From the NCBI GenBank assembly GCA_051362555.1, contig CM120640.1, positions 62,226,788 through 62,290,787 on the forward strand: a DNA stretch of 64,000 nucleotides. Direction: 5' to 3'. This DNA is from Lingula anatina. Taxonomy: Eukaryota; Animalia; Brachiopoda. Positions 1-8,685 of this stretch are shown piece after piece. The notes beneath the pieces are model-generated. The model made no database searches, was not told the DNA's origin, and was given only the letters and a program-made list of their open reading frames with translations. The position numbers and the translations under genes are program-made. Each line of letters starts with the position of its first letter. Position 1 is the stretch's first letter.

Positions 1-1917
1 AGTATCAACCTTTCTTTACGTGAGGACGGCGATAATTTCTCTACCAGTATGTCCTTGCACTGTTACTCCACCACATCATTATTCCCCCTAACAACATTAT
101 TACATTACTTGGCATCCTTCCCCTCCCTCCCCTCCCCTAATAAGAAATCTTATAACTTTCAAGTCCTGATATTAACAATTAACTTTTAATTCATGTTTTA
201 CGTATTGCATTTTAAGGAGTATTTGCATTTGTGAAGAGTAACACTGTAGGGGAGTAGTGGTGTGGGGGAGTACTACATGTAGTAAATGGGGCCGTGGCAA
301 TAGTCCGAAGGTTCAGTAGTCTGAAGGTTCATTGGTCCAAATGTTAACTAAAAAACCTTCAGCCCAACGAACCCTTGATTGAAAACCAGTGAAACGGTTA
401 CAATTTCAGACCAATGAACCTTTATACTCAAGGAAAAAATATATGCGTTCACCTCTATTATTTGTAATTTTCTTTACATAACGAATTGCCCTTTTTTATC
501 AAAATATGGCCCGATTCTCAAAACACAATACTAAGAAGCTGCTACATAAATTTTCATGTTGGTAAAAACTGTTGTACAGCGGAAGTTTATGCTTGCTCAG
601 CAGTTATGTAGTACAAATATGCGTGACACTGACGGGGGGGGGCGCTGGGCAGGTCGCTCTTTTCATTGACGTCAATCTGGATTTTCTACCATAAAAAAAC
701 ACTTACAGATAATCATAACAACCTGAAAGATAAGGCAAGCACGTAGCCAAACATTGAGCATCAGACACTTACTTTCCAGTCGTATCAATGAATTTTTCGA
801 AATCTTCTGAAGACGTGATGTCAACACTGGAGGCTGCCATATTGGGTGGAAAATAAAAGAAGGATTTGTCTAAAGTAAGGAACGAGCTGTAATTTTTTTT
901 AACAACTCGCGAAAAAAAAAGAATCCAAAAAGCATTTATATAATTGGTCCACGTGAATAAACTCTGAATGCCAATACATGATGAGAACTTTTATTCTTTC
1001 AAAAGGAACCCAGATGGCTTAAAAAATGTATGTGCATTGCAAATGTAATTTTGCACTTGGTTAATGGATAAAATGAAGATAATTATTGTCTACATCACTC
1101 ATTCCTTGTCTACATCAGAAACAGCAACATACACTTAAAATGTGCAAGGGTATGGTTGTGTTTGGGGGTAGTAGGTACTGCACATAGGTTCAGCCTTCTG
1201 GTACATTTGATTATTGTTATGTATACAGAGACTCAGAGAATACTGTACCTGTAGCATTTGCTAACTGCTGTCATTAGGTTTGTTGCATCCACAGCTGGAT
1301 TGCAAAAAGTCAAAATTTCTTTGATTACATATCCAATAAATCTATTTATTTTTCCCAATTCAGACCTTAAAACAATAAAACCCCTCAAGCTAATTTAAAA
1401 ATGGTACAAAGCATTACATTGTAGATCCAAGTGCTGGGAAAGATCAAGCAATGATTCTTGAGTAGAAAATACTTTTTCAGGAAAAATCCTAGGGAAGTAC
1501 GCTGTTTTCAATCCCTTGCATGTGTGTTCTAATTGCATATGTGGAATATTAATTTGATTTTTTTGACATTTTTAAACATTACATCAACATGAAAAATAAA
1601 TAAAAGCATTTATTCTCCCAAGGTGGAATATACACTGTATAAATATAAAATCATTTATAGTGTAAGTTCTTCAATTTTTTTTATGTAAATTAAATTGTAT
1701 GTGTGGTCACTTTTTAGGTTTCTCTTCACATACTGCTGTATTATCTTTAAACATTCAACACCAGGAAGCTAAACAATAAAACCATGAAGAAAATTATTGG
1801 ACTTTGTCCATGATGAGACTTAAATGTATTTTACTGCATTATCTTCTCTCAAATTGCCCCCCAAAATCTACATAATACCTTTATATAATAATATAAAAAA
1901 CTCTCATTTTACTTTTC

Positions 1918-2255
1918 AAATAATCACAAACTGAATTACAGGTGAGACCTCCAGTAAACTGTTTGACTGTCCAATATTTTAATTTTATCAAACATGGCCT
2001 TTAATCTTTTCCAAAAATAGCTTATTTGTTTTCTTTATATGCCACATATAGAACTGAAAGATGATGCTGCATCATTTTTCTTAATATTAATATAAATTGG
2101 GATTACGCAGCTCTTTCTTTCTTGGTCGTCTAGAGATGTCAGAACTTGTATGCACTTTGTGTCCATACTACACTGTAGTAAAATCTTGTACGGTCTTGGG
2201 ACAGAAAAAGAAAAATTAATCAATCAAAAATTATAAATTGTTGTCAATGGTTTTT
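1918..2255 (-). pseudogene. Degenerate tandem partial duplicate of the 3' half and proximal 3' UTR of the small TIR gene
   Basis: Aligns by eye to 2263-2600 (TSLDDQERKSCVIPIYINIKKNDA vs TSLDDQERKGCVIPIYINIKKNDA). A 5-nt deletion (tatatgccacatatag vs tatatgccacaccacatatag) and other indels break the frame. Confidence 0.85.
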
Positions 2256-2314
2256 CTTTTTTAAATAATCAAAAACTGAATTATGGGTTAGACCTTCAGT
2301 CTACTTCCTCTTGG

Positions 2315-2791
2315 TCAACTGTTTGACTGTCCAAGATATTTATCAAACATATCCTTTAATCTTTTCCAAAAATAGCTTGATTTGCTTTCTTTATATGCCA
2401 CACCACATATAGACCTGAGAGATGAAGGTGCATCATTTTTCTTAATATTAATATAAATTGGGATTACACAGCCCTTTCTTTCTTGATCGTCTAGAGATGT
2501 CTGCAAACTTGTATGCACTTTGTGTTCATACCAGTTACAACGTGTACAGTCTTTGGACAGTAAAAGAAAAATTAACTGACTGTTGTCAATAGCTTCTTCC
2601 AAATTCTTAATTTCTGATTTACCACCATCTCCATCTCGGTTATCATAATAACCCTTCAACTTCCTCCCAGCAATGTCCACCTTTTCAAAATATTCCAACA
2701 AATCTTCTGCTACTGATCTGTCATCATGATGGTGACAAACAAAAAAGTCATATTTATATTTAGGTGCAGAAGTGTGTGCAGCAGCTGACAT
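2315..2791 (-). CDS. Small TIR-domain-only protein (TICAM/TRAM-like TIR), 158 aa from the first ATG
   Basis: The ORF has TIR box 1 (KYDFFVCH), a BB-loop region (YYDNRDGDGG), NLEEAIDNSQLIFLLLS, WYEHKVHTSLQTSL, CVIPIY and FWKRL. The first ATG is at 2791; the ORF-track start at 2800 is GTG. Candidate acceptors put the exon start at 2841 or 2821, so an upstream exon is likely. Confidence 0.85.
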   Translation of the reverse strand: MSAAAHTSAPKYKYDFFVCHHHDDRSVAEDLLEYFEKVDIAGRKLKGYYDNRDGDGGKSEIKNLEEAIDNSQLIFLLLSKDCTRCNWYEHKVHTSLQTSLDDQERKGCVIPIYINIKKNDAPSSLRSICGVAYKESKSSYFWKRLKDMFDKYLGQSNS

Positions 2792-3656
2792 GCTTCCCAC
2801 TACCCTGGAGCCTGCATATTCCTGGTAACTTCACTACCACCCTGTAACATGTAGTAAAAAAATCAAATTAATATTCCACATATGCAATTAGTACATACAC
2901 ATGCAAGAAATTGAAAACAGTGTGAACACTTCAATTGACTGATGATAAGCATGGTTACATAGGTGATGACAGATTGACCACAAAATAGTGACATCAAGTG
3001 TCCTGAGCAATTTTAAGTTTTGTCAAAATATCCCCAGGAAGTGGATCCTTGATTAAAGCACCTGTTATGGAATCCCTGCAACCCCAAAGCAATACTTGTC
3101 AGATGAGATCGCAGACGGAGTGAATACCTGGAGGTAATCTATTGCTACTTCTAACTCTTGTTTTTTCCCGAATTGTGCAGGCCGTGGACAGTAAAACAGT
3201 GAAACGATAATTAAGATAACAATCGTTGATATGGGGTAGTAATAATGTCTAATGATTGGTTTCTTGCTCCACGAGTCCACTAATATTTCATAGTTTGGAC
3301 GTTGCCAACTAACGCCGCACTGTTCAGACCTGTATTTTTAGCATCACATCTGAACATCTGAAATCCCCTTATAAAGATGGATGTTACACATGCATATTGT
3401 TTCCGCCTACAAGACTCGTTGCAAATCTGGTGGCTAGTAGTAGTCTTGCTGTAGTTCGTATCTCAATGTGCATGTAGTTTCGCATATTTTCATTTTAATC
3501 AAACTGAATCGTATGCTACAAAATATATGAAAGCGAATCAAATTTATTTCAGACAGATATTATTGTAAATTTGCTAGTATTTGATAATTGTCGTATTCTC
3601 TTTCTTAGTATATATTTGTTGAAAAACGAACCACATACACTGTAGTCTACTGAAAA

Positions 3657-3667
3657 GGGGATTCCCC
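3657..3667. promoter_or_regulatory. NF-kB site GGGGATTCCCC between the divergent TIR genes
   Basis: Exact match to the classic near-palindromic kB element (H-2Kb/p50 type). It lies in a locally CpG-richer stretch between two head-to-head genes. Confidence 0.55.
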
Positions 3668-3876
3668 GTGCGAAGGAAAAATCCAAAATCCTGGCATAAT
3701 TTACGCGTAAGGAAATCAGTTTCTTGTAAAATGAGTGCCATAGTCTTCTAGTTGACGAGGGGATCTACTAAAATCACGAAGGTATGTACTATAGTTGACG
3801 CTTTAAACTTGTCTGTTACAATCTAGTTCTAACATCAACACGGTGGCTTAGAGAACTGAATCATCGTCACAAGATT

Positions 3877-3886
3877 GGGAAATTCC
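3877..3886. promoter_or_regulatory. Second NF-kB consensus site GGGAAATTCC
   Basis: Matches GGGRNNYYCC. A plus-strand donor-like GCG|GTAGGT follows at 3940 and could end a non-coding first exon of the large TIR gene. Confidence 0.45.
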
Positions 3887-4440
3887 AGATTGACGTTCGA
3901 ACAAATTTGCCAAAAGACTTCAAAATTGCACAGGGTGCGGTAGGTATTATTATCATTTTTGTCAAATACAGAATGAGAAAATTATGTGTAAATTTCAAAT
4001 GGAAGACCGACGTTGGTAAAGGGTTGTTGCCAGTTAAGTTTACATGTAAATAATGCAATCTGACAAAGTTGCATGGAAGATTGAGGGTCTCAGTCTTAAC
4101 ATGCACCTTGATACTCAGTAGTTCAAATCACACGAAAATTCATCTGGTTTCCTTAGATTAATTATTTTATTTGCACTAGAAAAAAATCCCGAAAATCAGC
4201 ACTGTATATACATCAAAACAAAAATAATACATACTGTCCAAAGTGATGATATATTCACAACACTATCAGTGACAAAGTGAGTAACATACTTGTGATGAAA
4301 AGTGAGAAAAAAATTCATGAGCCCAAACCAGAGTTATTTTGGTTTGCTGAACATCATTTCACAAGTAGCCATTACAATATCTGTTGTCTTACATGTAGCA
4401 CATGCTACTAGTACATGTATTGCAGGAACCAAAAAACATG

Positions 4441-4506
4441 TCCCGGGACTGGTTTGAACCCTCGTCCTCCCACTCCGGAGGCGGACACTCTAACCACATC
4501 CGGGCC
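4441..4506 (-). mobile_element. tRNA-derived SINE head or tRNA pseudogene fragment
   Basis: The minus strand reads GGCCCGGATGTGGTTAGAGTGTCCGCCTCCGGAGTGGGAGGACGAGGGTTCAAACCAGTCCCGGGAC. It has a B box (GGTTCAAACC) but a truncated D arm and no acceptor stem. Confidence 0.55.
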
Positions 4507-4882
4507 ATTTTCTATTGAAAGACAGTCAAAAAATTTTAAGATTTTGCTGACCATCTTCTTATTTTATCTTTGAAAGTCTTCTGTATGTTTCTTATTGACT
4601 TTGGTAACAAAAGATGGCATGACACTTATGGTCACATTTGACTACAAAGGTTACTTTATTTTCAATAAATATGCATATTGATAAGTCGAAACGTTATATA
4701 TATAACAAGCGTTCTTCAGATAAAAGTCCACTTTTAGAGTGCTCAACAATTTCAGGAGTGTAATATAACAATTAACAGCTAAAATACCATTTTCAAATAA
4801 AAACCTCCTGACGATAGGACATACCTTCTTGGTATCCCCTGTGAAACTCAGAGTTGGGGTTTATACATGTCACTTGTTTTTT

Positions 4883-4926
<44 letters not shown>
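4883..4926. repeat. (GATA)n microsatellite
   Basis: Direct reading; source of the spurious LSIYLSIY ORFs. Confidence 0.95.
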
Positions 4927-4927
<1 letters not shown>

Positions 4928-6067
4928 GTGTGAACGCGTGCAGGTGTGTGTGGGGGGAGGAGGCAGTGGAGGATGGGCCAACAAAGATAATTTGGCAGAC
5001 TCAAAAATATCCCTGGATCCACACCTGAATAACATAGGTCAAAATAGGTGAATTGTTTCAAAGTGAACACAGATTGTCATAAAAATATACTCACTCTTTG
5101 ATTCTCCTTTACTAATATGTTTTTTTAGATTGTACATTTAAGTGTTTTTTATATTGTGCCCTGTTTTAATTTTTCTCATTACAATAGTCAAATGTTATTT
5201 TCTTTAATTTAACTGGGTAGACTTGTAGCAATAATGGGTACTTGTACAAAGAGTGAGTGCATTTTTGAGAAACCCTGTATTATATTATATTTGATATGTT
5301 AGGTAAATGTTATAAGGACAGTTCTAGACAGTAGCCATCACTTGCTTCTGTGTTAATCATATTGGCTTTCTTTTAACTAAAAAATTCAGTATTTTGGTAT
5401 GCTGAACATGAGACTATTGGCACATGTACAATTATTGCAAGGTGAAATGAAATATTGAACCTCACAAGTGTTCAGCTAGTTAATCAGGGAAGTAAAGGTA
5501 ATATGTATATTTCAAGCTGCTTTTACTTTCATAAATTGTATGTACTATACATGTAGATGAAAATTTTCTATTCTGGGTTTTTACCAAACTCATCACAATG
5601 CAAAAAATAAATAATAATAATATATAATAATAATTATTATTTAAGAAAATAAAAACAAAGCACAGTTCTCCATTTCTCCCTCCATTCACTCCTGTTCTGA
5701 GCGCCAGGATAGTTTGTGAAAAATGGCACTAGTTGCTGGGTGCCAGAATCACTTTTGAATATGACAAGAATGATAATTATGCTATATTGTGTCCCTAGCT
5801 AACAGTACCAATCGTTATCTAGCACCTTGGACCATACACTGATGGGTTGAAATTACACGTACATCCAATGGGTAGCAGTTACTGACACTTACCTTTTATA
5901 CAATATGGTAACTGACACAGAGTTTGTTGGGAAAAGATAACATAGGGCCTAGCAACAAACAGACAACTTCCTGTCAGAAATAACAGAATTTCATAAAATT
6001 CGAAACATCTGGAATTTCTGAGCACCTTCCATTTCATAAATTTCGACACCAAAACAATAATATCCTT

Positions 6068-6937
6068 ATTAAGATTCCCCATAGGGGAATACCATTGTTT
6101 TTGGTAGTATTATTATTATAGTTATTCTTTCCGCGCGTTTTTTTTTCGCAAAAAATCTGAAATAATTATCATAGGTAGCCTATGGCAAGAATATGCCACA
6201 GAACCAGTTTCAGTGCCCTTGACCTACTTTTCAAGGTCACAGGGGCTTTTAAAGGCAAATTTTGTAAAATTTGAAATTGCCATTATGCCTAAAGTATAAG
6301 CCATATGGCTAAGGGCCTTATGGCCAGTGATACTGAGGTGAATCCACAGATAATGACCTACTTTTATGCAATAAGGTCAAGGTCAAGGTCGCTAATGGCC
6401 AAACGGGCTCAAAAAAGGTTTGTTTCCGAGATCTCAAAAACCAAAAGGCCCAGAGCCCCAATCATAGTGGCAAATGATGCCCTATATATTTATCTAAGGT
6501 TAGCCGTACTTTGGTAGCGACTGCCTAATTACTTTTTTAAATATCGATTTTTAAAAATTTATCACATTGCAGAAATCTTGAGTTTGGCAATTTCTCTAAG
6601 AAACACTGGTTTTTGGTCATAGCATGCTATAGTAAACTACCCCAAACATATACCCAAAACCCCCAAATCAAATGTCAAATTTGACCTTGACCCTCATTTT
6701 CAAGGTCATTTGGCTATTTCATGGAGAAATATTGAAATACTGAAGTGGGCTAAAAGTGATGCTTTGTTGACCCCCCTCCCCCCCCCCCCCCCCCCCCCCC
6801 CCCCTTATTCGCACATGCTTTTTCAGAATATGGGATCAAATTTAACCCATGACCTTCACATTACCTTGTAAAAGCATTTCCACACCTATTTTGCAGGGGA
6901 ATCCTCCGCCACTGGCTTTAGCCAGTTGCAGTCTAGT
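6068..6937 (+). mobile_element. Non-autonomous Helitron/Helentron-like element
   Basis: The 5' GATTCCCC matches a 3' subterminal GGGGAATC. There is a (TAT)n microsatellite near the 5' end and internal TGACCTTGACC/GGTCAAGGTCA motifs. The 3' hairpin ACTGGC-TTTA-GCCAGT is followed by CTAGT. Confidence 0.65.
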
Positions 6938-8685
6938 TTGAATTAGTTTCTTCTGTATGAAATTCATGGTACATTACCATAATAATACCGTAATCTAATG
7001 TAAAGAGAACTGGATTTGCTTTAGATTGTTTTAAAGAATACTTGAAGTAGATTGAATATATTTCATTTTCATTTTAGTGGTTTGTACATGTACTGTATAT
7101 AGTATAATATGATATGTTAAATAAAATGCTACAGTATTTGTCATCCTTAACCATTCCTTTATGACCTCCATCAAGTACCTGTAGGTTATGGTTTTGGTTC
7201 TGTTAGTCTGTTAGCAACATTATGCATGAAGTACTAGTAGTCGGCCAGTTTTATAGAAATGTTCAGAATAGATCAGAAATGCGTTAACTTTTTTGGTGAT
7301 GATCCATTAAGAAATTAGGATTAGCTAATAACTCAGTAAAACAGCTTTTGTTTTTTCTTTTTCTTTTATGCTCCAAAGGTGCCTTAACTTTTATAGTCAT
7401 TTTTTTGTAATTATAGGGAAGATGTCTAGTGTGAGGTGTACCCTTCCCATGCAGGCAGGCATTTGTGATAGTGGAGAGAAGGAGGAAGATGAGGATAAAA
7501 GCAGTGGTTTGTGGACAATACCTTTTTCAGTGATAAATAATAGAAAATGCGCAAGTGTTAAGATCTAATTTTCATTTGTTATTACATGTGTGAGTGTGTT
7601 TCATTGTAAGTATACTGCAAAAAAAATGTTTGAAGGAATCTAACTGTTTGATAGTTTACACATTTTGGTTTTAACAAAAAGCCATTGCCTGCCTCTGCCC
7701 CCCCCCCCCCATGAAGTGCACTTTCTTTATAAACACAAAAGGAAAATCAGTTTACTTTTTATTCTCCAACTTGCTTGAATGATTCATAGGACTAATAGAC
7801 AGTTCCAATTAGAAAAACATTCTGATTAGATTGTTTTTCTTGAAGTTATGAAGTTTTTTTTTACCAATTTTTTACTTTTTACATATAAGCATTGTAGTTG
7901 TTACATTTTGTTACTGTTCATAATAATAAAAGTAGTACAAGGTTACAATTTGGTGGGGATTATGTTCTTAAGCTTTACTATGTCATCAACATTGACAAAA
8001 AATTTTGTGCACTGTCATCATAAACACAATAAAAAAAAGAACCATGTTACTTATTAATCTCATCCTTTAATTATTCATAGGGCTAAAATGCAGCTCATCA
8101 GCTGATTGCATTTCATTTGTCGAGTTTATTTCACATATTGGCATTTTCCCTATGTGATTTTCAATTTCAGTGGATATTTAGCCCTGTGCATTATTTAATA
8201 TCATATAATATCACTGTTTCTGTCAGTTTCAGTATTTGACAGTATTGATATTTTGAGCATTTTTTTTCTTTTTCATTTTTTCTTGGTGATTTTTTATTAT
8301 AAAATTCACATGAATAAAAAAAATCTTGGTTTACTGTAGTGGCTGGTTATCCAATTCCTTGGATTAGGTTGACTTTTGAAGTTTTCATATCTTTTTTTTT
8401 TCTCATTAAGTTTTTTGCATAGATGAAAACATTGAATTTATCTTAATATTTAAATTCTCTAAAAATTGATATCATTAATTTTTCAGATAAACAAAAGGGT
8501 CATAAAGTGTGGACTTCTGATGATTCAGGTCTGATTATTAAGTCTTAGACATGTTGCTAATTTGAAGTGTGTGCTTTAAGTTTTTAATAGTTTGAGGTGC
8601 AATGTAGATCTACATTTGTGTTAAATAAGCTTCATAGTGAGAGGCTCATTGTTTATATACATATATTGTGTATATTTTAGGTCAA

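Larger units (their letters stand above)
1499..2923. repeat. About 66-bp inverted repeat pair (1499-1564 and 2856-2923) bracketing the small TIR exon and its duplicate
   Basis: ctaattgcatatgtggaatattaatttgattttttt in the left copy is the exact reverse complement of aaaaaaatcaaattaatattccacatatgcaattag in the right copy. Similarity extends to ctgttttcaat / attgaaaacag. Confidence 0.8.

Noticed and set aside
2792-2800. MGSMS N-terminus suggesting TRAM-like myristoylation
   Set aside because: The Met in the ORF track is a GTG codon. The first real ATG gives MSAAAH, with no Gly at position 2.
4441-4506. Functional tRNA gene
   Set aside because: No complete cloverleaf or acceptor stem; treated as a SINE head or pseudogene.
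6074-6904. kB-like sequences GATTCCCC and GGGGAATCC
   Set aside because: They are the subterminal inverted repeats of the Helentron-like element, so they are not independent evidence of regulation.
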